Position numbers and translations under genes: made by a program
Shown: piece by piece, positions 50,420-63,025 of the stretch
Layout of the letters: each line of letters starts with the position of its first letter
How positions within the stretch are numbered: the first letter of the stretch is position 1
Notes under the pieces: model-generated
Seen by the model: only the letters and a program-made list of their open reading frames with translations
Databases searched by the model: none
Told to the model about the DNA's origin: nothing
Source of the DNA: Callorhinchus milii
Lineage: Eukaryota
Reading direction: 5' to 3'
DNA length: 64,000 nt
Assembly: GCF_018977255.1 (NCBI RefSeq)
Contig: NW_024704742.1
Location: 91,018,001 to 91,082,000 of the forward strand

Positions 50420-51540
50420 CATGGTTCAGATCTTATCTCTCACACCGTTTCCAATTTGTCTCCGCCAACAGTCTCTCTTCCAGCCCCTGCACAGTCTTGT
50501 GCGGTGTTCCTCAAGCCTATGTCCTTGGTCCCCTCCTCTTCAACGTCTACATGCTCACCCTTGATGACATCATCCGTAGACTTCCACACGTAGGCGGATG
50601 ACACCCAACTGTATCTGCCTCCACCCTTGATTCCAGGACAACCTATGCCCTGACAGAGTGTCTGTCAACCATCGAGTCCTGGATGAGAGCCAACTTTGTA
50701 CAGTTGAATGTCAGCAAGACCGAGGCTCTACTGATTGGCTTGCGCTAGCGTCTCTGCACCTCAGGCCCTGACAGCATCAGCATCCATGGACGCACACTCC
50801 ACCTCACCAAGCCAGTCAGGAACCTGGGTGTCTTGTTCGACCCTCAACTGTCCTTTCTCCCCCATATCCGTGCCATGACCCGCTCTGCGTTCCCCCATCT
50901 CTGCAACATTGCCCGACTCCGCCACTGCCTCACCCCTCAGGCCACACTCGTCACCTCAAGGCTCGACTACGGAAACTCCCTCCTTATCGGCCTCACCAAC
51001 TCTTCCCTCCACAAGCTGCAGATCATCCAGAACTCTGTAGCTCGGGTCCTCTCCTGCACCAGGCTTCATGACTCCATCACCCCATCTTCGCCCGGCTCCA
51101 CTGGCTTCCCATCCCTCAGAGAATAGAATTCAAAATCCTCATCCTCACATTTAAGGCCCTCCATGGCTTTGCCCCTCCTACCTCTCTGACTTGCTGACCC
51201 CCTCCCATCAACCTGTCCGCTTCCTCTGCTGAGCCGGCTCCGGCCTGCTCCATGTCTCCCGCCAGACCCGCCCTACCATCGGCGGCAGGACTTTCAGCCT
51301 CTCTGCCCCCACCCTTTGGAACTCCATCCCGCAGTCCCTTTGCCTTACTCCTTCCCTTGCCTCCTTCAAGGCACAACTCAAGACCTTCCTTTTCGATCAT
51401 ACCTTCAGCCGCCCTCCTACCTCTCTGCCCTCCCTCATCCCAACCAGGTCCCCACGCTCGGATTCTGATTCCCGACTGTTCAGTACCTTGGGACGTCCTC
51501 CCAACATGAAAGATGTTTTACAAATGTAATGTTGTTGTAG
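50420..51540 (+). mobile_element. L2 LINE, 5'-truncated, decayed RT domain to 3' tail
   Basis: [22 protein letters not shown], decayed YADD, TSRLDYGNSLL, tail; frameshifts and stops present. Confidence 0.92.
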
Positions 51541-52236
51541 TTTTAAAGTCATAATAAGCCTATTCAACTACAAGACTGGTTTGCCAAAGAAACCTTTGGG
51601 CAAAGGTGCAAAGGCCAGGCATGCTTGAAAATCACTAGAGTTCAGCATATGTTAGTTGTGTTTTGTTTGCTTTAAAGAGACTGTTTGGAGCTCAAAATCA
51701 CTAAAACCATTAATCATTAAAACAAAACACTCGATACCTGACTCCAGTCCCAACTATGCAGTTAAAACTTCTATAGGATTGTTGTCCTTCTGACAAGTTT
51801 TTAATCTGCTTTAATGTTCTTTGGGCTGAATTTTACATTCCACGTAATCATTACATGAACTTATTCCGGCCCTACATCCTGCTGAATAGAAAGCAATTCC
51901 AGGCAGTTAGCACAAACGATGGAGTGCCAGTACTTCATGGGTTAGGGGACTATGTGACAGATTCACAATCTGCTGTGCTTTGGGACAAGTCATTGACTTC
52001 CCAGAAATCATTTTGTTCACTAAAATATTTTTAATCAGTGAAAGCAGTAAAATTCCTTGCATTTGACATAGGGTCTTATCACTTCATTGAGACGGCTCAA
52101 AGTGAATTGATTTTATTATGTGCGCGAAACGTGGCAGCCAATTGCGCGCAGCAGTGTCCCACAAACAATTGTGGATTGAGTAACTCAATATTATAATTAT
52201 TATTAATAACAATAGGGAGCGAGAAGGGGATGAGAG

Positions 52237-52422
52237 AACAACAACAACAACAAAATTACACTTGTATAGCGCCTTTCATGTCGGTAGCGTGTCCCAAGGC
52301 GCTGCCAGACAGAGTTTCGGACCCGAGCTGGGGTCGGGGCCCGGGAGTGTTGAGGGCAGTGGGGGAATCAGGGAGATCAAAAGCACATTCGAAGAGGAGG
52401 ATCTTGAGATGGGTCTTGAAGG
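52237..52422 (-). mobile_element. L2 3' terminal segment, inverted relative to the adjacent L2
   Basis: Minus strand reads FKTHLKILLF, then 3' UTR, stem-loop and (TTG)n. Confidence 0.88.
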
Positions 52423-53821
52423 CCTTCGACATGTCAACCACTCTATCTTCATCCACCGCCTCTTCTATCACCTCAACCTTCATGGCTCTGAGCCTTGACT
52501 GGATCAGATCGCACCTCTCACACCTACTCCACTTCATGTCCACATATAGTTTCTCCTCTAGCCCCCAGACCGTCTCATGCGTTCATCATGGCTCTGTCCT
52601 TGGTCCCCTCCTCTTCAGTATTTATATGCTCCCTGTTGGTGACATCATCTGCAGACATGGGGTCAACTTCCAGATGTATGCGGATGACACCCAACTTTAC
52701 CTCTCTGCCTCCACCCTTGACTCCAGGACCACTGCTGTCCTGACAGAATGTCTATCAGACATCAAGTCCTGGAGGAGAGCTAACTTTCTTCAGTTGAACA
52801 TCAACAAAACCGAGGTCCTCCCGATTGGCTCCTGTCAGCACCTCCTCACCTCAGGCACTGACAGCATCACCATCCATGGTTGCACACTCCACCTTTCTAA
52901 GCCAGTCCAGAACCTTGGCATCTTGTTTGACCGTCAACTATCCTTTCTACCCCACATCTGCGCCATGACCTGCTCTGCCTTCCCTCACCTCCACAACGTC
53001 GCCCGACTCCGCCATTGTCTCACATCGCAGGCCGCCGAAACCCTCATACATGCTTTCATTACATTCGATGCTTGACTATGCAAACTCACTGCTTGTCGGA
53101 CTCCCCAACTCCTCCCTCCATAGGCTGCAGATCATCCAGAACTCTGCAGCCCGTGTCCTTTCCGACACCAGGCTCTGTGACCCTATCACCCCCATCCTCA
53201 CCTCCACTGGCTTCCCATCACACAGAGGATACAGTTCAAGATCCTGGCACTCATCTTCAAAGCCCTCCGTGGTCCTGGAGTCCTGTAGCTCAGTGGTTAA
53301 AGCACTCGCCTTGCAAGCGAGACACCTGGGTTCAATTCCAGGCAGGGCAAAATCTTGGGCAAATTTCCTTACTCCACACGCCTAATAATAATCTCTCCAA
53401 AACAAAACAATAATAAATTGGTCATTTTCAATCTATGACTGTTTGTGGGACACTGCTGTGCACAATTGACTGCCACGTTTCGCCCACAAATATTCAGTCA
53501 ATTCACTTTACAGAATATTTTGTGAAGCGCTTTGAGACATTTAGAAGACGTGAAAAGCGCTATATCAAGTGCAAGGATTATTATTATTGTTATGGTTTTG
53601 CTCCCCCCTACCTCTGTGACCTCCTAAACCCCTACCATCCTGCTCACTCCCTCCGCTCACCGGGCTCCGGCCTGCTTCACATCCCCCACCTCGCTCACTC
53701 TACTATTGTCAGGTGGGCTTCAGCTACTCTGCCCCCACCCTCTGGAACTCCATCTCGCAGTCCCTCCACCTTGCCCCCTCCCTTGCCTCCTTCAAGACCC
53801 ATCTCAAGACCCTCCTTTTGA
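52422..53821 (+). mobile_element. L2 LINE RT-to-C-terminal segment without a tail (contains the SINE at 53276)
   Basis: AFD, HGSVLGPLLFSIYM, YADDTQLY, FLQLNINKTEVL, LGILFD; stops abruptly after ...FKTHLKTLL. Confidence 0.92.
53276..53589 (+). mobile_element. tRNA-derived SINE, short form, nested in an L2
   Basis: Interrupts the L2 between ...aagccctccgtggt and ...atggttttgctcccccctacc. Confidence 0.9.
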
Positions 53822-55084
53822 GAAAGGGAAATAATCTTGCTACATGTATATTTTACCAATAGGATTTTTAAATCTGGGTTTGATGGGTACAGTACTTCAC
53901 AAGCAGTAACAGACACAAATGTATGAACACATTAAGAGCCATGTTGAAATCTGACTAACTGCAAAGTTAAAGCACAACCAAAACCCGTGTGTATGGTTTA
54001 TTACAGTGGTGCCATGACATCACTGGAGCAATTAACCAGAGAGAACTCGGAGCGTGAGCACAAATGACAGCCTTGGTTTAGCAACAGCCAGTGATCTCTG
54101 GTGCCCTCGGCAGCCGGGCTCTCACATAGATTGGCACTGGACCAGCTTGTTCCAATTTACTGCACATTCGCAAGTCACAACACAAAGGCTTTGTTCAGTA
54201 TTGCACAATTGCGCATTTCTATTTGCAATGACATTTGCACTCGTTTCCTCTTGGAAAGCTGAGTCAGATGGGATTCTCCTTCCAGCATGTTGCTTGGAAC
54301 ACCCTTGGTTTTAATTGAAGCCAGTTTACATGGGATGCACTATTTGCCATTCCTTGCCTCCGATTGATTTGATTAGTTTCTGGCGGATTGAAAAAGAGTA
54401 GCGTTGGTCCCTGCAGCACCTCTGTGTCACCTCTGTTGACCTGTTAAAGAATACCAGTTGTCGAGCATGTGAAGAGGAACAAGTTTTTGAAGGATTGATT
54501 GGAATAACCATGTAGTTAGCAGTGCTGGCAGTCACTGAGCATGACTGTGGTTGGTGTGCTGGCTAGGGAGGTTGACTTGCTGCCAGTGATACATTGCAAC
54601 TTACAACTTCCCACTCAGCTCAAGGGGATCTGGAGAAATTGTCTTTTGCATTCCGCAGTGACTGCCAACTGGTAATGATTTCACCTAGATGTTGATGTAT
54701 AGACTACTCAGCATCAATATAGTTTCCTCCACACCTCCCCCCACTTCTCAATAAAAAAAATCAAAGTGTTTCAGTTGCTGAAGGCACTTGCTGATCGTCT
54801 GAATATCTGTGTCTCACTGTCTGTACATCACTCAGTGATTTTCCCTGACTGCTCTTTTCCGCTCTGTTCTTTCTGACTTCCTCCGACTCTTTGTTCCTCT
54901 CTGACTGTTCATTTTTTTCTCTTCTTCTCTGTCATGTTACAATGTCTTTCAGCTGTTTTCTATCTCCATTCAGCCCAACTCCACTGCTTTTCTCTCCACG
55001 TGGACTCGCACCCATTCTCCTCTATTCCCAGATGTTAAGGCTCTTACAGTTCCTCACTGTCCTTTTTCCTATATTTTAGGCTTT

Positions 55085-55320
55085 CACCTCAATCTCTCAC
55101 TCTCTCTTCATGTATCCTCCAACTCTGTTCACATACCCTTGGCTTTATTCTCTGTTCCTAAACCCCAGTCTGTGACTATATTCCCATATCTCAATGTCAA
55201 ACCCTCTGTTCACATAATACAGACTCTCACTCTCTGTTCCTATACCCCAATCTCTCAATCTCTGTTGCTATACCCCAGGCTCCAACTCTCCAATCCCATA
55301 TTCCAGGCTCTAACACTGCA
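55085..55320 (+). repeat. Degenerate ~28-bp minisatellite (ctcactctctgttcctataccccaatct)
   Basis: Recurrent ctctgttc(a/c)(c/t)ata units. Confidence 0.6.
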
Positions 55321-56678
55321 ATATAGGTCACCTGCAATTCAACACACCATGGAGTAGAAATATCACCTGGATATAGATTTACTCTTTATTTAAAATTCAG
55401 CATATTGTTAAATACAGTCTTAATTTTGAAACCAGATGTTTGCAAGTTTGTTTTAAGAACTAAAGAAACCTCCTCCAAAATTAACACTGAATCAAAATAA
55501 ATGCCAAACTCTGCATGCTCTGAAATGTCATACAAATAAGAAAGATCTAGACTCGAGTTGAATTCCTTAGGCTTAATGTCATTGACATATGAAAGAGAGA
55601 GGCTTGAAGGGGTATGAGAATGAAGCATCTCCTTGCTCTGTGAGCCAATGCAGACTCGATTGGCCAATTGGCCTCCTTCTGCCCTGTAGATTTCTATGTT
55701 TCCTCTCACTCCATCATCCTCTTCAGCGAACAATCTTCAAGTCACATTGGAAAGTTATCCTTTCTAACACACAGTTGGCTCCATGCATCAATAAAACTGA
55801 GTTGTGTTTTATTACATTGAAAACTCATAGCTTTAAAGGTTCCTCGGAGTGCTCAAAAATGCTGCTCTGCATGAAGGGCATCATGAAGGGTGTTGTTGTT
55901 CCCCATGCTCTTATATTTCTCCTTTTGCAAAAGTATGGGGAAAAGACAGGAGGATGAAACTCCGCAGATCACTCTTTCATAAATCCAAATGGGCTGAATA
56001 GCCTCCTTCTGTGCTGCAAACCGACCCAACTGTCCAGCGCCTTGGGACGTGAAAGGCACTCTATAAATGAAATCTTGTTGTTATTGTTGCAAACGTCTAT
56101 GGTTCTATGCTTCAGAACAGTACAGAAAGCTATTTTGTGGCTCCATCGGTAGAGAAATTACTGCTAAATGAGTAACAGTGGTGAGTAACGTGTGGAATTA
56201 ATTTAAAAATGTTTAAAGTATCGATCAGGAGCTCTCTGTCTCTCCCTATCTGCCTTTCACTCTGTCTTTGTCTATTTGGCTCTCACTCTGTCTCTGTCTC
56301 TGTCTGTCTGGCTCTCACTTTTTCCCTGATTCTTTCTGATGAAAACTACCAGTACATGTGTCTGAATGGATAAATTAAACAACCCATCGATGATTTCAAT
56401 GCTCGCTTGAAAAAAGTCCCACTGGTGGTATGACCGTGGGTGCAATGAACTTTTCTTCACACAGATTTCCTCACTACATAAGTGTAAATTGTATTATATA
56501 ATTTCACAAAATGGCTATTCTTCTGGGATCTCAGCTCCACAGTGTCTATCCAGCCTGTAAATATGTAGCACTCCCCTGTAAAAACAAAATAATTGGCAAT
56601 GTTAGTGATTACCCCATGACAAACTTCAAAGTTCCTATGTTCAATAACATGAGGAAGTGCTCATCAGAGGAATCTATT

Positions 56679-57049
56679 GTGGAGTCCTGTAGCTCAATGG
56701 TTAGAGCACTCGCCTCGCAAGCGAGAGATCTGGTTTTGTTTCCCGGCAGGGAGAAATGTTGGGCAAGTTTCCTTACTCCACACATCTCTGTTTACCTAGC
56801 AGTAAATAGGAGCTTGGTTGTTAGTTGATTGGCTTTTCTGGGGATAATAATTCCTTCCAAAAAAAAATAAAAAAATTGGTCACTTCAATCCACCACTGTT
56901 TGTGGGACACTGCTGTGCGCAATTGGCTGCTGAGTTTCACCCACAAATATACAGTCAATTCACTTTACAGCATATTTTGTGAAGCGCTTTTAGATGTCTC
57001 GAAGACATGAAAAGGTGCTATATCAAATGCAAGGATTATTATTATTATT
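56679..57049 (+). mobile_element. tRNA-derived SINE, long form
   Basis: Aligns by eye with the 40783 copy, including the extra segment. Confidence 0.9.
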
Positions 57050-58884
57050 GTGTTCAGAAATCCTTTACATATGCTCCTTTACACAACCTTTATACACAAT
57101 CTTAAATACAGAGTGCTCTGACGAAAATAGCTGTAGACAACAACAACAAAATTAGATTTGTAAAGTGCCTTTCATGTCAGGAGGATGTCCCAAGGCCCTG
57201 GAATCCATAGTGATGTGCGAAAGAGAGATAGGAGGACACTTGGTCATTAGAGGTACTAAAAGGTATAGCAATTTTAGGGCGGACTTGTGGGATTAAAAGA
57301 TCTGCCAATAAATAGACATGATGGACTGAATGGCCTCCTCCTGTTCCTCTTTTCCTATGATCCTAAGTTACCTTTTCACACCTTTAAATAATATATAGGA
57401 TAGCAACAGCAAATTTCATTAAAAGTGGAATTGTATCAAAACAGCAAAAATTTCCAAGCTGTCCCAGTGTACATGTCTTAAAACAGCTCCCCCATGCTGG
57501 CTGTTAATTAATGTGCAGGGCAGGGGCTGCTTATTATTGCTTTGAAGACTTGGGGAATCCAAAGTTTGTTTTTTTAATTATCACTTCACTATTGCACATC
57601 GCACTGCAAATCTCAATTTTTTTGGAACGTCTTCCCTCTACAGGTCATTCAGTTGTGTGGTTGTAAACTTTTCACCAACACTTTGTGATTTGACAGGTGG
57701 GCGAATGGGCGGACAACACCTAACCTCCCAGCAGTACTCAGGAGAAGCACCACCAATGGCAACGTCTGGACTTTGCGCCTGCAGTAAAATAATAACCCAG
57801 CAGCCATTCCACTTCGTCCGCAAACAGTGAAACCAGAACCGCTGAACAACAGTAAAAATCCTTACATCTGATATAATACCTATTACGTTGGGAGGTCGTC
57901 TCAAAGTGTTTCACAAGATACACTCCGAAGTCTATATTTTGGTTTTATTGCACTCTTCCGATTTTCCCTTCCTTTTTTCTCTGTGAAATGCACGATTGGA
58001 GTGCTGGTTCATTGAGTACATGACAGCAGGCTCTCATCATAGTTGGATGCTTCAACTGTATATTTTAAATACAATAATGCCCACACTTGGGGCTCGAAAT
58101 TGCTCACATTCTTAGGCACGACACCATTGCCTTAAAATTTAAGATTGTGCGGAATTTTATAAAATCGTTCAAAATACAGTCTGAATTTTGGAATTTTAAT
58201 TTTTGTTGCTATTGTAAATTAGCTTTCAAATTAGTCTAAATTTAAGGCTGTTTTCGAAAATTGCACAAACGTTTTAAGTCCCTGATTCTCCCCCATTTCT
58301 TGTCAGTGTTGTCATTACATGAGATAAGATCGATCAAAGCTGCTCCCAGACTTGCCAGGGTGCAAAGCGTCAGCTCTTAAGAAGCCTTCAGCTATGGTGA
58401 GAGCCTGGAGTCTTGTTCTAAATGAGCCAAGCCTCCAACCGTGCAATTCACAAAGTAAAAAGGGAAGGGAAAACAGGAAGAGCACATTAAAAACACATAC
58501 ATGGCTACACGACTCACCACTACACATTGACAGTATTCAATATAGACACAATGAGAAGGGTAAATTCCACTTGCTGAGCATTCTCATTTAACCTCTCTTC
58601 TTACGAGCAGAAATCTGAATGTTAGGAATATACATAAGAACAAGAAGAGCCCATTCAAGCTAATATTGTATCCGATCATAGCAGATCTTTAAATCCCATT
58701 TCCCCATATTTTTCTCCATAATCTTTAGATAGGATATGTTGCCTGGAACCATTTGCACTATTGGATGCAAAAGGAATTGGAAGGGAATTAAATAGCTATT
58801 TGGCAAAGAATGTGTTGAGGGTTGTGAGAAATAATCTAACAGTGCATGATGGGAGGAAGGGGAGAGTACCAATGGACAGTGCAA

Positions 58885-59225
58885 TTTGGGACATGGGTTC
58901 AAATTCTGTCCCAGTTGATGGGCTGATAGTCTCCTCTATCTGCTAGCTCGGTGAAATGAATTTATGAATTGCTATTGGACACCAATCTATAAAAGAAACC
59001 TAACTCTAATTTAAAACTGTAAATTTACATTGTAAATCTCACTCACAGATTCCTGGTGTAGGAAGTGGAAGTGTCACACTGGTGCAGTGCTCTTTTGAAT
59101 TTGGGGCTAAAGCACATTAATGGGACAGAGAAGAGAGATCCAATTCTTAATCTAGCTATGCAGGACTTCATGCTGATACTGGTGCCCGAAAGGGGACAGT
59201 CTTCAGTCTTATCAACGCTGCAATT
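58885..59225 (+). mobile_element. Old tRNA-derived SINE, LF-SINE-like (second copy ~5215-5460)
   Basis: Both copies share tgggacatgggttca.at...ttgatggg...agtct.ctc.atctg; the block order resembles the recalled LF-SINE consensus. Confidence 0.45.
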
Positions 59226-59259
59226 TCTTTTTCAGTCCCCTACGTTCCCACCACAAAAT

Positions 59260-59460
59260 CATTAGATTGATTCGGATGAAGAAAGCCAATTTGATCCCAT
59301 CCTTCCAGAATACTCATTTTTTTTAATGATTCCAGCACTCTGGCCTTAGCCACCCTTCCTGGGGTAAAGAAATATTTATTGGTGTCTATCCTGTAATTAC
59401 CCTTTGCAGTTCTAAACCTGTGTCCTGTTGTTCCACTATCTTGGTGCATCTGAAAGTAGT
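59260..59460 (-). mobile_element. CR1 LINE 3' fragment
   Basis: Translation TTGHRFRTAKGNYRIDTNKYFFT resembles the CR1 TRGH...D.RK.FF motif. Confidence 0.7.
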
Positions 59461-61149
59461 AACCACCTTAATGATCACACAGATCACCTTCCCCCCACCG
59501 CCACACCCCATGAGAAAAACAGAGAGGGACCATATTTTCAGTGCTTGTGACCACCATAATAACACACTCTGACTTTGTCAAGTCACCAGTTGTGAAAACA
59601 TGGTACCATGCCAGCAGCCATCTGCTCCTTCCATTCAATGTCAGCCTTCCCAGGAAATTCACCGGCTCCTAAAACCCCAATGGACCAACATAATGCAAAA
59701 CCTGATTTAACATTTACTGTATTATAAAAGTGATAACGTTTATGCTTGTTGATGAGCATAAATTGTCGTTATGAATGGCATTGGATTCTGAAAAGAGGAG
59801 CATATGGCAAAATAGATTTAGAAAATGGAAACTGATAAATGGCTGCATGACGACACTGTCCGATACCAATGTCATCTCATCATTTACAAATGACAATTTT
59901 CTTCAGTATGACTCCATTGAGGCCCCCAATGCAAATAAAAGTACCAGATTGACAATGTGCCAATGAGGTCTAATTTGCAAGATTTGTAAAAGGATCTATA
60001 AATAGTGTTCTGTATCCTTCAGGTACCCAAGTGGATCTCAGCACGACCCACTGTATAGTCTCTCACATGCCCATTTTGTCCCGGGTGCCTGAAGCTTCCT
60101 TTGGCTGGAATCTGTCCTTCCAGATCCAAACTGAGATCTCAGGGTCCAGATGCATATTCACTGTGCACCAGAAAGCATATAATGAACCTTCACATTGATC
60201 AGCTACAAGGCTGAAGACTTTTGCTTAGATTGCTGATAGGCCTCCAATGGGAGACTGAGCTGGTGCTAGCACAGTGAAGACCTGGAACAAGACTCATTAT
60301 GTTCCACATCTAAAAATTAATTTGCTGGAGAAACACTGTGGCTCTGAGATGACATTTGAAAGAAATGTTTCTGGAAGCACTTTTATGATCCCCAAGTCGC
60401 GAGCTTTTTTGACATGCTGGTGAAAACTTAGCAGTATTCCCGTAAACACTGCCCCAAATGTGAAGGAAATGTATAAGCCCTCGTTATCCATAGATAAAGA
60501 GTGTGTTCTGACAACACAATGAAAATTCACGACCCTCCCTTTCACCTTTATTTTGGTGCCTTATAAATTCCACGTAGGCAACATGTTGGGTGCAGTTTCA
60601 AACAAGTGCATTGGCTTCTCATGTATCTGGGTCTTGTTATAATTACATATGGTTTACTTCCTACAGCTACTGCATGTTTCCAGCTATGCATTGGGTTGCA
60701 TTTAGGCAATCATTTTTATTAGCTGGACAGAAAAGGGATTTGTCATTACGTCATTCTCTCTTAAAGTGAAGCTGTCAATTTTTAATCTGGCCTTTGTTAA
60801 AATGGCAGCCGATGATACTCCAGCAAGCCTGCCACCTCGCTTTATTTCTCCTCTTCCATCTTCTGAAATAGTTAATTTCACGTTGTTACTGGAGAGTAAC
60901 TTTTCAGAGATTTAGCTTAAATTTTTTTAAAAAATATATATTTATTTTTAAATTGTAGTTCGTCCAATTATTCCTTACTGATTTTCTTCCCACTGGTATA
61001 TGCCTCTCTGCTTCCACTATGGCCTCCTCTTGTAGATGTGGTTCCACATGCACTGTTGCCTGATGAGAGGGTCTATCTTAATGCAGCACTCACTGGTAAA
61101 CATTTGAGAGCTCTTTTTAAAACAAAATATTCAGCATCTCCTCAAAGTC

Positions 61150-61530
61150 AAAGTCAGATTTTTGTCAACTCTTATCTGCCTGTTCAGGTGGACGTTAAAG
61201 ATATTGTGGCCCTATTCTAAAAAACAGAAGGGAGTTTCTCCCACTGTCCTGGCCAGCACCCCCCAGATAAAATTGTTCATTCACTTCATGGCTGTTTGTG
61301 GGCTATCAGGAGATCACAAGATCAGTTTGGACGGAGAAATCCCTTCAGCCCAACTGACCTTTTGTCTCCAGAATGCCACCTTCCCGTTCTCCCGTCACAG
61401 CATTGCTGCGTGAAGATTGGTCACTGCATTTGTTGGCAAAAATGCACAGTCACTACACTTTACGGTAGATCCCGTGAAGCGCTCGTGACATGAAAGGTGC
61501 AATATCAAAGGCAAGAATTATTATTATTAT
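61150..61530 (+). mobile_element. Deu-domain SINE with ~90-nt interruption
   Basis: tctgcctgttcaggtggacgttaaagatattgtggccctattc...(TTA)n tail. Confidence 0.7.
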
Positions 61531-62634
61531 TTCTTTCATGTGTGTTGTATATACAGAGCATAGAGCTAAAACTTTGCTTTTATTTTTCTTTTTTTTAAAA
61601 ATCTGTGAGAATAAAAACAGGCAGACTGTTTCCTTACATTGAATCAATGGTGCAATTATAGTTTAAGTCTTGTTTTGTGCTTGGTTCAACCTAAATGATT
61701 TTTCTGCTTTTCACTAGTTTATCCTAAGCTGGCCGCAGAACAGAGGGCAATAAATCTTAGTCAAGAAATCATTGTGTGGGGTGAATAACCAGCATTGACG
61801 CTGATTCCTTACAAAAACTCATTTCTGGTAACGTGAGCCCTGCTGAGGATGGTCATGTCAACTTATTAGACTTTTTACTCTCCGGTATTGATCCAGTTCT
61901 ACACCAGTGCAAGCCATATTGCTGGCTAATGTTATTGACTAGCCATCAGTCTTCTCCAGAAGTGTGGAGGCTTGCAGCTCTTTCTGAACCACAAAAAAAC
62001 CATCAATGGACAATGATGGAGAGGGCAGGGAAGATGCAAGCAAAGCACCCGGCATGCCTCTTATTGGAACTGAAAATATTAAAATCGGGACTGTCCCTGT
62101 GGTCCAGGGCTGCTTTTTTTGACAAGTGAATTCACCAAGAATCTAGTTACTAGTTATGTCTTTCTTCTTATCAATTTGCTGCGATCAGATATTGAATATT
62201 GGTCAGTTAATTTATCTTTAAGCTATACCGATCTTAAAACATCTAATCTTACAGCTAAATAATGTGTCCATGCAAACTAAAACAATTTTTTCTCAAGTAT
62301 TTATTAATCCAGTTCCCTTTAAACAGGGTTCCTGTGAAGAAATAATAGAGGGAAGAGGGAGGAAGGGACTGGAAGTAAACATGAATGCACTCTAGTATTT
62401 ACAGTGACAAGGTGCTCGATTTCTCTTCAGAGATTTGAACTCCAACCTTTGTTAATTGAACCTACAAACCTTTGACTTTTGAACTAAGTGAGAGTGGGGA
62501 CCGACCTTCCCTTTCCTCAGGCTGTAAATGGGAGTGTGTCAGTGAGTGGCAGCAGTGAGTCACTAGCAGGAAGAATTTCAATTAACAAATAAAATGAGAG
62601 AAAACCTGTGATGCAACCTGATAGCATATTATGT

Positions 62635-62870
62635 TTCTGCCCATTTCAGGTGGATGTTAAATATCCCACAACACTATTGAAAAGAATAGTGTTCTTTTCT
62701 CGGGGTCCTGACCACATTTTTCATTTTGTGGCTGTTTGTGGGACTTTGCTGTGCACAAAATAGCTGCCTCACAGTCCTACAAAACCAGAACACTGCACCT
62801 GATGTGTAGTATAGCAGTGAGTGTATTTGTGCGTTTTTATGTAATAGGCTCTATAAACGTACAAATTCTT
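62635..62870 (+). mobile_element. Deu-domain SINE, degenerate
   Basis: ctgcccatttcaggtggatgttaaatatcccacaacactattgaaaagaa...gctgtttgtgggactttgctgtgcac. Confidence 0.65.
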
Positions 62871-62996
62871 TCTTCTTCATCTTGATAATGATTTGCACTC
62901 ACCAGATACAGACTACTGCCATAAGGAAAATATTCTTAGAAGGGAATTATTGATGGTGGGGGTGAAGTGGAGAGGAAGAAAGAGAGAGAGAGAGAT

Positions 62997-63025
62997 GGGG
63001 GGGGGGGGGGGGGGGGGGGGTGGGG
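62997..63025 (+). repeat. Poly-G run after a (GA)n tract
   Basis: About 24 consecutive G then TGGGG. Confidence 0.85.

Noticed and set aside
52230..53075. 281-aa ORF containing YADD as a functional reverse transcriptase
   Set aside because: Chimera of an inverted L2 tail and a truncated, frameshifted L2 RT fragment.
62997..63025. Poly-G run as a functional G-quadruplex
   Set aside because: Simple homopolymer whose length is unreliable; no supporting context.
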